Below the pieces are notes generated by a model. The model was not told the DNA's origin. It did not search any database and saw only the letters and a list, made by a program, of their open reading frames with translations. Made by a program: the position numbers and the translations under genes. Below, in pieces: positions 32,835-44,500 of a stretch of DNA of 64,000 bases; position 1 is the first letter of the stretch, and each line of letters opens with the position of its first letter. The stretch is from Escherichia phage JSE: sequence record EU863408. One strand, written 5' to 3'.

Positions 32835-33425
32835 TTACTTTCTAAAAGCAGGGTGCATAGCTTTAATACCTTCCACCCTCTGACGATCCGCCGCCTGAAT
32901 TGCTGGGCGAGGAACGATCAGTTGACCATCACGTTCAATGCTCATTGTTTTAAAGGGAAGAATTGCAGTACACACCAGAGATTCATGCATATCATCGGTG
33001 TATGTTAACTCAAGTTCCCCCAATTGTGAACACCAACAACCATAAAAGTTAAAAGTGCACACAATGTTACGTCGTTCGTTGTCCATCATGTGAACTTGAA
33101 CGGCTTCCGGCATTGAATCCTTCCACGCAGTGGAGTTACCGTTATTGTAGTCTACTATAGAAAGCATCCATGTGTAAAGGTTTAGATAGCTTTCCAAATG
33201 CTCATCGACAATAAACCGGACTACCAACGGGTCAAACTCCACATGACTAGACGGATAATCAGCGACCGCCAAACCATATTGACCAGCAACTTGCTTAGTC
33301 GGTGGAATGGTTATAGCCGGAAGTGTAACACCTTGAGCATTTAAAGTAAAGCCTTTTGTTAGTTGTCCATCTGGAATATTGATCTGCCAGTTGCTGGGGT
33401 TAGCATAGTTAAAGAGATTAGACAT
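32835..33425 (-). CDS. 3: Tail completion/sheath stabiliser gp3
   Basis: 196 aa ORF at the T4 gene 3 position (between 1 and 2); GAGGAA RBS. Confidence 0.65.
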   Translation of the reverse strand: MSNLFNYANPSNWQINIPDGQLTKGFTLNAQGVTLPAITIPPTKQVAGQYGLAVADYPSSHVEFDPLVVRFIVDEHLESYLNLYTWMLSIVDYNNGNSTAWKDSMPEAVQVHMMDNERRNIVCTFNFYGCWCSQLGELELTYTDDMHESLVCTAILPFKTMSIERDGQLIVPRPAIQAADRQRVEGIKAMHPAFRK

Positions 33426-33615
33426 TACTGATTCCTCAAATGAAAATATTTATTAACAATTGTCGCTTTGCGACGTGCCGGAGGCACTGACTACTTTTTA
33501 ACCGAAACAAATTTTCTATTATTCTAAAGATCTTTCTTCGTTTTGGTTATGTTTTAACCAATAACTATATTTTTATACAGTAATAAATAAAACGGGTACT
33601 ATACGAGGACTTCTT

Positions 33616-33870
33616 ATGACAGAAGACATTTTGTTAAAACTCTATGATCGTCTGGATAACGAATTAGCAACATTGCGGGGTGAAGTTCTCTATTTGTCTA
33701 AATGCAATACAGATCTGCTTAAGCAGATTGCAGAAAGGGATGATCAAATAAAATCCCTTTCAGGTGCATTACGTGATCGCGACAAGGCATTAGAGATTTT
33801 ACAGCGTGTTACCAATAAGGAAGAATTAAAAGACTTCTTACATGGTTATGCTCATGCCATCGATCTATAA
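33616..33870 (+). CDS. Small coiled-coil protein (84 aa) encoded antisense to the surrounding operon
   Basis: GAGGAC RBS; heptad-rich sequence; convergent with 33901..35043 gene and sharing its terminator hairpin. Confidence 0.45.
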   Translation: MTEDILLKLYDRLDNELATLRGEVLYLSKCNTDLLKQIAERDDQIKSLSGALRDRDKALEILQRVTNKEELKDFLHGYAHAIDL

Positions 33871-33871
33871 T

Positions 33872-33894
33872 AAAAAAGCCCGTCATTGACGGGC
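33872..33894. terminator. Shared hairpin terminator between convergent genes (GCCCG...CGGGC), U6 tail on minus strand
   Basis: A6-GCCCGTCATTGACGGGC on plus; strong in minus orientation, weak in plus. Confidence 0.6.
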
Positions 33895-33900
33895 TTAATG

Positions 33901-35043
33901 TTAACTATTGATCATATCAATGACGTTTTGTAGCTCTGATATGGATAGCGTTTCTGTATATCCATCTGGCATATCTTCTTTACTAACATAGAAACCTTTA
34001 TACTTTTTCTTTATTGCACATTCCATAGAAAGAGCATCATCACCGTTATCGTATTTTTTATAAAATGTCAACTCATGACGAAATATAGATTTTGAAGATT
34101 GGTTTTGTATTCTTTTTATTAATCTGTTGTTGGTTATACCAAATTTTATAGCAACCGCAACATCTTCTTTGTATAAAGTTTGTACATAAATGTATGCAGG
34201 TTTATTCCTCTTAAATCCATGATTGCTACACATAGGGCAACCGCTATTTTTTGATACGTAGTCTCCTAAGTTTGGCGTAAATTCATGTCCGCTACTACAA
34301 CGCATTACCAATTTTGTTTTTAGCATTCCTCTATACTCACCGCCAACAAAATCAACAAATGTATCACCTTTATCAATCGCCTTATCTGTTATTTCCTTTA
34401 CTACTTGCTCAGTTGACTTCTTGTTTTTACCTGAACATAGTTTACATCTAGATCCATTAACTAAAAACGAGTGACCGGATGCAGTATATTCATGTCCATT
34501 AGGGCATTTAACTAAGATATTTCTTTCATAAAAATCTTTATAATCAGACACATAGCCAATGACTTCGTGGTCTTTTTGGTTATTCCTCATCTCTGTTAGC
34601 AACTCTTCGCTATTCCAGCGTTTACCCTTAACGCAGAGACAACCATGACCTTGATAAAGATATATAAATTTCTTAGTAAAGTTTTTGTTGCAATCAGGAC
34701 AATGCATTAGTAATTCTGTCATTTGACCTGTATATCCTTTAGGAATATCGATCAATGTGTATTTTCCGCATATTGTCTTTAATGCATCATCTATTCTTTC
34801 TTTGGTCCAGCGTAAGCGACCAGTGCATTCATGACATTTTACACCCAGTCTAAGAGTATCTAAACTAAATATAGTTGACGTATGTCCTTTATCACATTTT
34901 AACTTAAATCTAGTATCCTTTGCGTTGGTGTATTCTCCGACTAGACCATACCATTCATAACAACATGGGATATGTTCTTTTACCTTCTCTAGATATACAC
35001 CGAACGGTCTAGGAACTGAATTGGGTTTTCTTTCTTTAGTCAT
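33901..35043 (-). CDS. Putative endonuclease: four tandem zinc-ribbon repeats plus C-terminal GIY-YIG-like (T5orf172-type) domain
   Basis: Repeated C-x2-C...G-H...C-x2-C units; C-terminal KPAYIYVQTLYKEDVAVAIKFGITNNRLIKRI; inserted between genes 2 and 3. Confidence 0.5.
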   Translation of the reverse strand: MTKERKPNSVPRPFGVYLEKVKEHIPCCYEWYGLVGEYTNAKDTRFKLKCDKGHTSTIFSLDTLRLGVKCHECTGRLRWTKERIDDALKTICGKYTLIDIPKGYTGQMTELLMHCPDCNKNFTKKFIYLYQGHGCLCVKGKRWNSEELLTEMRNNQKDHEVIGYVSDYKDFYERNILVKCPNGHEYTASGHSFLVNGSRCKLCSGKNKKSTEQVVKEITDKAIDKGDTFVDFVGGEYRGMLKTKLVMRCSSGHEFTPNLGDYVSKNSGCPMCSNHGFKRNKPAYIYVQTLYKEDVAVAIKFGITNNRLIKRIQNQSSKSIFRHELTFYKKYDNGDDALSMECAIKKKYKGFYVSKEDMPDGYTETLSISELQNVIDMINS

Positions 35044-35099
35044 ATTTTTATATCCTGTAAATTAAAGCGCCGTCACCAGCGGCGCTATTTTTATAATCA

Positions 35100-35922
35100 T
35101 TAAAACAATTTCCACACCTTACGAGCATCATATTTCTTGTCTTTGCTCATAAACTGGTAGGTCGGAAGATACACAACCGTGCTCCAATCTTTTGGTGCGA
35201 TCTCAATCAGTTTTGTTTGGATGTGTCCAGGCAAATATGCTTTGATCATGTGGTCTGCGCCTCTCATACCTTTAACATCACTCCATTTAATTTTTAAACG
35301 AGTTTTATTACTAAGAGTAGGTGTACTCGCGTATTGTCGCAACAACGCTTCTAAGAACTGCTGGCGAGCTTTAGGTGGCGCATAGTGCAAGTTCAAACCT
35401 AGCATAATCTCGTTTCCCGCTTTAGATGTACCAAATCCTAGACAGATAATCAAGGGGTATCGGTCAAAGAATGGCAAAGAATCCCGATATTTTGGGTTAT
35501 ACGCATAAGTATAGATCCGTCCCACTTGTGGTTTTACTACCTGATGACCTTTTACACCATCCTTGATGGTCTTCATAAACCACTCCTGTGATTTTTCTTT
35601 AGGACGACTCTTTGATACAGCACGCATAGACGCACGAAAATCATTAATCATCATCATTGCGCGTTGCTGCTTATTGAGACCCTTTGCACCTTTCCCTTTT
35701 AGTTTTTCAACTTCTATTGCTGTTTTAATTTCGCTGGCATAACGAGACATACTTTTAGTGAAAGTCGCATAGGCTATTCCCTTAGAATCTGCAAATGCTT
35801 TAGCTGTCATGCCTTTGGCTTTTGCTTTCGCAAATTCTACACCCAATTCGACCCACTGTTTAGACTTTCGTTTTTGGGGTAGACGGCTTTTCGTCTTCTG
35901 TGATTATTTCAAATACGCTCAT
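35100..35922 (-). CDS. 2: DNA end-protector protein gp2, with apparent +1 frame discontinuity near 35871..35879
   Basis: RBS-supported ATG at 35922 (AGAGGATAATATT) opens a 20-codon frame that ends at 35860; long basic ORF continues in +1 frame from 35903; corrected length ~273 aa equals T4 gp2. Confidence 0.6.
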
Positions 35923-35933
35923 AATATTATCCT

Positions 35934-36407
35934 CTATTTGTTAAGCCCTTTAAAGCCAAACACTTTCTTTAATGCATGTTCGGTGATGATCTTAAACTCC
36001 ATGTTATGCTTTTGGCATAATTTCACGGCAGCTAACCATTTTTCAGTATTTTTTGTGTATGTCCATACTTCATGCATATATCGTTGCTTTGTCTTCGCGG
36101 TCATTCTTTTTGGCTTTTCCGGTGGCCTTGTCTCTTTAGCTGGTTTAACTTCCCATAAATGCTCCTTGCCATCATCAAACTTAACGTAAAAATCCATAAA
36201 GTATCTGTGTCTTTTTCCGTCTGTTGATGACTCATAAGGAATTACTACGGTCTCAGATCCCCATTTTGCAACTCTAGGATTGCGGTCTAGCCACTGCATG
36301 ATCCATCTTTCCCAGCTTGAACGGTATGTGATCTTACGTATATCCCCTTTATACTTTTCCTTATTCTCAGGAACATACTTGCCCTTATAAGTGTTAGATC
36401 CTCCCAT
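35934..36407 (-). CDS. 4: Head completion protein gp4
   Basis: 157 aa ORF divergent from gene 53, as T4 gene 4 (150 aa); AAGGGTG RBS. Confidence 0.65.
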   Translation of the reverse strand: MGGSNTYKGKYVPENKEKYKGDIRKITYRSSWERWIMQWLDRNPRVAKWGSETVVIPYESSTDGKRHRYFMDFYVKFDDGKEHLWEVKPAKETRPPEKPKRMTAKTKQRYMHEVWTYTKNTEKWLAAVKLCQKHNMEFKIITEHALKKVFGFKGLNK

Positions 36408-36423
36408 TTTAGCACCCTTTATT

Positions 36424-36431
36424 ATAAATAC
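36424..36431 (+). promoter_or_regulatory. T4-type late promoter TATAAATA upstream of gene 53
   Basis: Exact TATAAATA 32 nt upstream of ATG 36463. Confidence 0.7.
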
Positions 36432-36462
36432 ATAATACTATTTATCAATTGAGGGTGATAAA

Positions 36463-37017
36463 ATGCTCTTTTCTTTCTTCCCTGCCATTGAATACAACGG
36501 CAAGATGATTACTGACATTGTGCGCAATTACCGCGCATATTTCAACGCAATAATTTCTGATTATAACATACAAACATATTACATTCAAGGTAGTCCACGA
36601 CCGGAACAAGTTGCATATGAAGTATACGGAAACCAACAACTTTACTGGATCTTGCTGATGCTTAATGACGTATACGATCCGTTCCATGACTGGATCACCG
36701 ATCAAGAGACAGCATATGAATCAGCCGAACAACGATATGCAAATGTCGGAGGAAATCAAGTATTATACCACGTTGATATTGACGGAAACAAGTATTGGAA
36801 TCTTACCGAATATCCGAAAGGATCAAGCAATTGGTATGATAAAGGGGATATTCATCACCGTCATTTGCAGTTTCATGGTGCATTGTCGGCAGTGGACACA
36901 CTGGAAGATGCGATCCTCCGTAATGAGGAACGACGCAAGATCAAGATCATAGATCCTACACAAATTAAACAATTTATTAACGCATTCATTCGAGAAATGG
37001 AAAAGGCTGATGTGTAA
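36463..37017 (+). CDS. 53: Baseplate wedge protein gp53
   Basis: 184 aa ORF directly upstream of gp5; synteny and size with T4 gp53. Confidence 0.7.
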   Translation: MLFSFFPAIEYNGKMITDIVRNYRAYFNAIISDYNIQTYYIQGSPRPEQVAYEVYGNQQLYWILLMLNDVYDPFHDWITDQETAYESAEQRYANVGGNQVLYHVDIDGNKYWNLTEYPKGSSNWYDKGDIHHRHLQFHGALSAVDTLEDAILRNEERRKIKIIDPTQIKQFINAFIREMEKADV

Positions 37018-37028
37018 GGTGATTAATT

Positions 37029-38828
37029 ATGCTAATGTTTAATAACTCCGTTAAATGGTTTACCGGAATTGTAGAAAACAGGGAAGACCCATTAATGCTG
37101 GGGCGTGTTCAGGTTAGGATTCATGGTATACATCCCTCGCTATCCGCGCACGGTGACATTCAAGGTCTTCCAACAGAAGATCTATTATGGATTACGCCAG
37201 TACAAGATATTACAAGCGCGGCGATCTCCGGTATAGGTCAAAGCCCTACTGGTATTGTTGAAGGTTCAATGGTATTTGGTTTGGCTTTAGATGAACGTTA
37301 TTTAAACTGCGTTATTCTGGGTACTATTGCCGGACAATATACAGAGAAACCACTCACTACAGAAGGTTTTTGCGACCCTTCTGGTGCATATCCTCGTTAT
37401 ATTGGTAATGATGTTAATATTCTTGCTCGTGGCGGTATTAACCCAGAAACCGGACAAACAACAAAACCTGATAGTGTCTATATTCGAGATGAAAACACTG
37501 GAGTTGCAGTAAATCCAGACGACGAGCCATTAGACCAAATTCCGGTTGATGATAATCCTGATTTTACAATAGAAAAAATGCTGAGGGGCGATGAGGGATA
37601 TCGCGAGAAATGGTATCTTGATTCAGAAGGATATCCGACAATAGGCATCGGGCATTTGATCATTTATAAGAAAACCAGTGATCTGGGTATTATCAATAAT
37701 GAACTTTCTAAGCTGGTAGGGCGTGAAGTTACAAACGGAAGACTTACCGCCGAAGAAGTTAGTAAAGTATTTGCTGACGATATAGAAAAGACTCGTCGTG
37801 ATATGCGCAAACATCCACGAATTGCACCTGTCTATAATAAATGTAATGCCTCTCGTCGTATGGCATTAGAAAATATGGCGTTTCAAATGGGTGTTGGTGG
37901 ATTGGGTAAATTTAAGAATAGTCTTGCTGCGATGTTAGCGGAAGAATGGAAACAAGCCTATGATGGATTACGTCAATCTGTATGGGCTAATCAAACTCCA
38001 GGACGGTCAAGCCGTGTTTCTAAAATTATTCTTACTGGTAACTTAGAATCATATGGCGTAATTGCTCCAAAGAAAGAGGAATCTGTTTCTGATGATCCGC
38101 GAGCACGTTTGAGAAATGCCCGTATTGCTGCCTATAAGACGCAGAGAGCAGAAGAAGACCCAGAAGCACCGTTTACCCCACAAGACACACGAATCATGTT
38201 TAAAGAGCCTAAGAGTTCGTATTCTGCGAGGTATCCTTATAACCATGTGTACGAGTCAGAGAGCGGTCATATTATCGAGATTGATGATACTCCTTCTCAT
38301 GAGCGTTATCACCGCAAACATCCTTCTGGTACATTTGAAGAAACCAGACCGGACGGAACGAGGGTAGAAAAGATTGAAGGTGATGATTATCTAATCGTTA
38401 AACAAGGCCGGAAAGTAAACGTTAAGGGTAATTTGCAAGTTGTTGTTGAAGGTGACGCGCAAGTTTATTATATGGGTAATGTGATGCAAACCGTTGATGG
38501 TAACGTCACTGAATTTATTCGTGGCAATGTTAATCAGACCGTTGAAGGTACGGCTAACATGCATGTTGTAGGTGATGTTACCGCTCAACTTGACGCTAAT
38601 TTAACGGCTAATGTCAAGGGTAATGCTGAATTAATGATCGAGGGTAACACTACCGAAACAATTAAAGGTAACTATGATTTAACCGTTGAGGGTAATTTTA
38701 ATATGACCGTCAATGGCACTAAATCAGATCAGGTTAATGGTGACTGGTCCCGTAATTGTGGTGCAAGCGTTAAAGATATTGCATCTGGTACAGTTCAAAT
38801 TGATGGTAGCCGTATTGATTTTGGGTGA
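37029..38828 (+). CDS. 5: Baseplate hub/tail lysozyme gp5 (cell-puncturing device)
   Basis: Internal T4-lysozyme-like GYPTIGIGHLI motif; C-terminal beta-helix with VxGxxxxx repeats; 599 aa. Confidence 0.95.
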   Translation: MLMFNNSVKWFTGIVENREDPLMLGRVQVRIHGIHPSLSAHGDIQGLPTEDLLWITPVQDITSAAISGIGQSPTGIVEGSMVFGLALDERYLNCVILGTIAGQYTEKPLTTEGFCDPSGAYPRYIGNDVNILARGGINPETGQTTKPDSVYIRDENTGVAVNPDDEPLDQIPVDDNPDFTIEKMLRGDEGYREKWYLDSEGYPTIGIGHLIIYKKTSDLGIINNELSKLVGREVTNGRLTAEEVSKVFADDIEKTRRDMRKHPRIAPVYNKCNASRRMALENMAFQMGVGGLGKFKNSLAAMLAEEWKQAYDGLRQSVWANQTPGRSSRVSKIILTGNLESYGVIAPKKEESVSDDPRARLRNARIAAYKTQRAEEDPEAPFTPQDTRIMFKEPKSSYSARYPYNHVYESESGHIIEIDDTPSHERYHRKHPSGTFEETRPDGTRVEKIEGDDYLIVKQGRKVNVKGNLQVVVEGDAQVYYMGNVMQTVDGNVTEFIRGNVNQTVEGTANMHVVGDVTAQLDANLTANVKGNAELMIEGNTTETIKGNYDLTVEGNFNMTVNGTKSDQVNGDWSRNCGASVKDIASGTVQIDGSRIDFG

Positions 38829-38836
38829 GGTAACTA

Positions 38837-39403
38837 ATGGTTGAAATTCTTCCGATGAATTCAAAATTGGAGGATATCAGCGAGCGAGAAATCTTTGAGG
38901 TGGTGTTCTCTTATAAAGCAACGCCACCGGATGCAAATACCACATACACAATTAAAGAGTTTAAGATCAGCGAGTATCGCCCTAATAAGGGCGTTACCGT
39001 TGAAGAAACTAAAATATCTGGTGAGTATCGGGATAGTTTTTCGCTTGGCGCGGATTCTCTTAAATATATAACGAAAGATAGAATTAAAAAATCTGCCGGA
39101 AGTTTTGATGATTTACCAGATCCAACTACCGCAGATCTATATTATTTTAACGCTCCTACACGTCTACAGGAGGTTTATACTTATAAAGTAACCCTAACCT
39201 ATATCCAATCTGTTTCAGAGTCTTCTGGTGGTTCTGGTGAAGGAAATAGTGGTGGTTCCAATAGCCGAGAGGGTGCTGGTGAAACTAATCCTCCTCCGGT
39301 AGTAACCGAACACACAATAGAGAAAGTTTATACTCAAACCGTTTTTGGAAATTGGGATGTGTGGGCGCAGCAACTAAGAGATTATGTACATAGGGGTGTT
39401 TAA
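38837..39403 (+). CDS. Hypothetical baseplate-associated protein (gene 5.1 position), Gly/Ser-rich linker
   Basis: 188 aa ORF between gp5 and the PAAR protein. Confidence 0.5.
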   Translation: MVEILPMNSKLEDISEREIFEVVFSYKATPPDANTTYTIKEFKISEYRPNKGVTVEETKISGEYRDSFSLGADSLKYITKDRIKKSAGSFDDLPDPTTADLYYFNAPTRLQEVYTYKVTLTYIQSVSESSGGSGEGNSGGSNSREGAGETNPPPVVTEHTIEKVYTQTVFGNWDVWAQQLRDYVHRGV

Positions 39404-39696
39404 TGGCTGGATTATCCTACGATAAAGCTAAAACTACAGGGCACGGAAACTACCCACCTACGGTAATTAATGCAACTCAATCTAAGGTATTTGTTGAGGG
39501 TATCCCTGTATTAGTCGAAGGAGACCCAATTACACCACACACAAAAACAACAAAGCCTTATGATACACACGGGGGAACTACGGTCGCCAGTACCCCGAAA
39601 GTATTTGTTACCGGAAAGAAAGCAATTCAAATGGCAGATCGTATTAGCTGTGGCGATACCGTCGCTATGGCATCACCGAAGGTATTCATAAAATGA
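39403..39696 (+). CDS. 5.4: PAAR-repeat spike tip protein gp5.4
   Basis: 97 aa, same length as T4 gp5.4; located between gp5 and gp6. Confidence 0.75.
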   Translation: MAGLSYDKAKTTGHGNYPPTVINATQSKVFVEGIPVLVEGDPITPHTKTTKPYDTHGGTTVASTPKVFVTGKKAIQMADRISCGDTVAMASPKVFIK

Positions 39697-41597
39697 CAAA
39701 GCAAAAGATTACACAAATTCCTGATATTTTTAATGCTGCTACATTCGATGAAATTAAAAGCGCATTAACAGACTGGATGAGAAACCAGGAAGAATTTAAA
39801 GATTTTGATTTTAATGGTGCTGGTATTAACGTATTGATGGACTTGCTCGCATATAACACTCTGTATATTCAGCAATTCGCTAACGCCGCGCTATATGAAT
39901 CTTTTATCAGAACGGCAATTAAGCGTAGTTCAGTTGTTCAAGCCGCGCAAGATTTAGGATATTTGCCAGCAAGTAAAACTAGTGCATCGACTACAATTAT
40001 GTTGCACGTAACACATCCTCGAAATCCGGCAAGTATTCGAATCCCACGAGGAACTAAATTTATTGCAAGTGTGGATCGCCAGACGTCTTATCCGTTTGTG
40101 ACTACAGAAGACGTTGTGAGCGTTTTAGGTTCAAATGGTTTATATACGCCTATGCTTAAAGTCGCACAAGGTCGTATTGTTCGTACAGAAATGTTATTTG
40201 ATCCGAAGAAACAAATTCTGATCCGCGATCCTGATATTGACCGCGCTCAGGTTAAATTGTGGGTAGACGGTGCTGAATGGAAAGACTGGACACGAGAAAG
40301 CATTGTTAACGCAACTGGTGCAAGCAATATTTTCTATATGCGTGAAACCGTAGACGGTCATACAGAAATCTTCTTTGGTGAAGGTGAATCAACTTTATCT
40401 GCTGCTGGCGGTGCACTGGAAGCAAATTATATTGGTGGACTTAAGCCGTCAACTGGTGCTAATATTGTTATCGAATATATCAGCACTAAAGGCGCGGAAG
40501 CTAACGGATCTGTCAATTTCACATACGCGGATACATTGGCATCTATCTCTATTGTTAAAATTATTGAGAATCCGACAAATGATCGTGATTATGTCGGTGC
40601 AGATGGTGGTGGTGATCCTGAATCAATCGAACGTATCCGTGAACTTGCTCCGGTAATGCGTGAATCTCAGCGTCGTTGTGTTACTGCTTCTGACTATGAG
40701 GCTTTTGTATCTAGCCGTTTTGGTAGTATTGTTCAGGCGGTACAATGTTTCACCGACCGAGAAAAACCGGGTTATGCTTTTGTTGCTGTTAAGCCTAAAT
40801 CTGGCTTGCGTTTGACAACTGTTCAAAAAGAAGATATGCGGGATTATCTGGCAAAATATAATCTTGCCCCTATCACGCCGAGCATCATTGACCCAAACTA
40901 TCTGTATATTAAACAGAATATTAAAGTTTCCTATTCAATCAATGACTTGTCAGAATCAGAGCAGTGGTTGCGCGGTGCGGTTATTGATCAGATTGATGCA
41001 TATTATACCGACGAAGTGGAAATTTTTAACCAGACCTTTAGTAAGTCTAAAATGCTTGCTCGTATTGACAAAGCTGATGTATCTGTGATAGGTTCTAGTG
41101 CAGAAATCGAGATGGTGCGAGAGATCGACAACTTCTATAAAGCACCTATGGCTGGAATCAAGTTTTTAAACCAGTATAAGAGCGGAATCAAGTCTAGTTC
41201 ATTCAACTTCGAAAAGGACGACAAGCAATATCCGATCCATTATGTAAGTACAGAAATGAACAAAGAATCCGGTTTAGCTAAATTGCTGGTTGGACCTTTC
41301 CCTGTTGGTTCTGCAATCGCTTTACCGCACTATTCCGGCACTGATTTTGATAAAGAGGTTATCGACGGTGCGGACCTATACTTTGAGGTTGGAGAGGTTC
41401 AGCATTATGACGACCTTATTTCATGGGATCTGGGTAAACTGAATATCAATAGCGATCGCTTTACTGGTTCATATATTGAGTTGACAGCTAAACCGATTGC
41501 TGATAACATCTTTACTAAAGACGGTTCTTTGATCGTGTTTGAAAACGATCTCCGTCCTCAGTACACAACTATTAGTCTGGAGGCAATTGCTCAATGA
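39693..41597 (+). CDS. 6: Baseplate wedge protein gp6
   Basis: 634 aa; synteny and size (T4 gp6 ~660 aa). Confidence 0.8.
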   Translation: MTKQKITQIPDIFNAATFDEIKSALTDWMRNQEEFKDFDFNGAGINVLMDLLAYNTLYIQQFANAALYESFIRTAIKRSSVVQAAQDLGYLPASKTSASTTIMLHVTHPRNPASIRIPRGTKFIASVDRQTSYPFVTTEDVVSVLGSNGLYTPMLKVAQGRIVRTEMLFDPKKQILIRDPDIDRAQVKLWVDGAEWKDWTRESIVNATGASNIFYMRETVDGHTEIFFGEGESTLSAAGGALEANYIGGLKPSTGANIVIEYISTKGAEANGSVNFTYADTLASISIVKIIENPTNDRDYVGADGGGDPESIERIRELAPVMRESQRRCVTASDYEAFVSSRFGSIVQAVQCFTDREKPGYAFVAVKPKSGLRLTTVQKEDMRDYLAKYNLAPITPSIIDPNYLYIKQNIKVSYSINDLSESEQWLRGAVIDQIDAYYTDEVEIFNQTFSKSKMLARIDKADVSVIGSSAEIEMVREIDNFYKAPMAGIKFLNQYKSGIKSSSFNFEKDDKQYPIHYVSTEMNKESGLAKLLVGPFPVGSAIALPHYSGTDFDKEVIDGADLYFEVGEVQHYDDLISWDLGKLNINSDRFTGSYIELTAKPIADNIFTKDGSLIVFENDLRPQYTTISLEAIAQ

Positions 41598-44500
41598 TTA
41601 AAGCGCCTAGTGTAACTAGCTTGACAATAGAAAAATTGTCTGCTAATCAGGCGTATATCACATGGGATGACGTAGGCGAAAACTTCTTTTATTTTGTGGA
41701 GTTAGCCGAAACCAGAACACGAGACGGGGAGATCATCCCCGTCGATGAGTTAAGCTGGGTAAACCTGGGATATACTGCCGAACAAAACTGGTTTGAGGAT
41801 AAAAACCTTTTTCCAGAATATTATTACAAATTTCGTGTAGCAGTAGCCGCAGAAGGATTTGAACAAAGTAAATGGATTGAAACCGAAGAGTTTCAGACAT
41901 TTAAAACAAACGCATATAATTTTTCTATGATGCGAGAGTTCAACCTTGCAAACGAGTTTGTTAAGCAAAAGTTTACATATGATAATCGTGATTATATTAA
42001 ATTCAATACTGATTTAATTCAAGCATCATTGATGAAGGAAGATTTTGTCTTTAGTCCTGAATATGCAAACATGACAAATATCTCAAACTACATTGTAGTT
42101 GATGAGAACTTTCATGAAATACAGGATCACATAGAAAAAGTTTGTATTGATATAAACCGCACTATGTTAGCGGAAATGAACGGTGTTTTGTACCTTTTCG
42201 AACGGTTCCAGCCGATTGTGAAAGTGTCAAATGATAAAGGTCAATCATGGAAAGCATACAAGGCTTTTAATGACCGTGTAGGCAATCCGGTTTCCCGTAC
42301 ATGCGTTTATCAGTCTAAAACCACTACTTACGTTTTAGGATATGACCGAATCTTTTACGGACGACAAGCTAGAGATACTCGATGGAGCGCGGACGATGTT
42401 CGATTTAGTGATGATACGATCACTTTTGCAAAGGTTGGTGACGAGAACGATTTAGGCTTTGACGTTGAGGTCTTTGGTGTATTTTCCAGATTGACAGGTG
42501 ACACCACAAAATACGCCGAAGCTATGGCGTGCAGTGACGATTATTTGTGGGTTGGTGCTAAAGATGTTATTCGCCGGATTCGTCTTAAGAATACTCCTGT
42601 TGATACCGTACAGGGTTCGCCTACGTTTGGAGAAAAAATATTCGATCCTGATGTTATCCGAGTAACAGGAAATGATAAAGCTGTCATTCAGAAAATGGAT
42701 GTGATCGACGGTAAATTGCTTGTATTTGTTACGGGTGAAGTTAAACAGCGTTATCAAGATCCAACTAAACCAGAAAACGTTGTTCCGTCAGATGATGCGG
42801 GTGTATACTTAATAGGGAGTGATGGTCTGTCTTTTCAGAGAGTATTTGGCAACACTCCGCAGGAAAGGGAATATATTCAGCATGGGTTCAGTAATATGTC
42901 AACCAATGGTGATGAGGTGTTCATAAGCCATTATAATCATCACTTTGAAAGCATTTTACCTGATCCAGAAACTGCCGCGAAATATGAATTAGGCGAAGCT
43001 GTGAAATATTCTCAGGAGCCAACTTATCTAACTGATAAGAAAATACATCAAACTACTTTCAGAGCAAGTTATGATGATTTGCGTATTTGGGAGTTGGGAC
43101 CGCAAGCGTATTATAATGAGGCTGATTATACATGGATGCGTCGAAACGGTGTCCGTGTGTGGATCACAAATGATAATCGCCCGTTGGTTGTTTATCCAGA
43201 GGTTATCTATACTCAAGAAGTTGATACATCTGGCATTCTTGACCAAAATAGGGTCAACCGAGAAGTTTATGATAAAGGGACCGTGACCTGTTATCTTAAC
43301 AATGTTAAATTTGAAGGATTCAAACAATATGCATCCGGTGTAATGTTCCATAAAAACACGGGAGAGATCATAGGATTCTATCAATTTAATTATCGTGTTC
43401 GTGACCAAGTTGGTGTATATTGGAAACCTACAAATGTCGCATTTGTTGCTGAATTGCAAAATCAGGTTCGGGAGGTTCCCTGGGTTCCTGTTCATTATGA
43501 CAGAGAGCAAGATCCAGATTTGCGGCCTTTACTGAATAAGATGACGCCTGATAGCTTTTTACTTGAGAACGAAAATTTCAGAAAATTCTCTGAATATTAT
43601 CTGCAATTCTTAAGTGATGGTTCAGGAACATATTATAATAAACTAAAAAATCTGATTAAAAACAAATATCCACGCGAGCAAGATGCATATGAGTATCTTT
43701 GGTCAGAGATGAACAAACGAAACATCTATGCAGATAAAAACAAGCGAGATGCGGTCGTAAGATTCTTTGAATCCCGCAAATCAGATTTTTATTCCACTAA
43801 GGGCGTGGAGGCTTCTTACAAGTTCTTGTTTAAGTTACTTTATAATGAAGATGTGGAAATTGAGGTTGAATCACAAGCCGGACTAGAGTATGATATTGTT
43901 GTTAGTTCAACGAACATTGACGAGGATATCGTAGGACGCACGATCTATACTCCAACCGGACGGGCTAACGTGACTTATCTTGAAAGGGAATATGAAGGTG
44001 GACGTCTACGCTGGCGAGTAACCATTCATAACCTGATCGGGCGGTTTGAAGAAGGTCAAGTGATCAAATCAGAGAAAACAGCGTTTGAGGGGATGATCCT
44101 TGTTGGTGTACGTGGTAAAGAGTTGTTGAGTAGTTCAATCGACTATATCAACCGCTCACGAAGCCAATACACCATGAAGATTAAAAGTGCATTGCCAGTT
44201 TCGCGCTATGCAAATGATGTAATGCGATTCGTTCATCCTGTCGGCTTTGGTTTCATAGGTGTTACTCTTCTTACAATGTTTATTAATAGCGGGTTAAGTA
44301 TGAGACACGTAGAAACTATAATTCAATCTCTGAAAAATTATAAGTTTGACAGCGGATTGCCTAGCGTGTATCCTGATCGTGTTGCTGATCTTGATGTTGA
44401 TGGAAATATTAAGATTGACCCACTAACAGGGAAACCATTATACTTAACGTCACCGACAATTGGCGAAGAGTTCCCTGTTCCTCCTGAATATGATCAGGAG

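Noticed and set aside
35066-35098. Hairpin AGCGCCG...CGGCGCT followed by T5 on the plus strand as a plus-strand terminator
   Set aside because: No plus-strand gene lies upstream; more likely it serves the minus-strand gene 2 transcript (weaker U tract) or only incidentally resembles a plus-orientation terminator
42452-43510. Minus-strand ORFs 42452..42757 and 43028..43510 inside gene 7
   Set aside because: Fully embedded antisense in a 1028-aa late structural gene with conserved synteny; no expression signals
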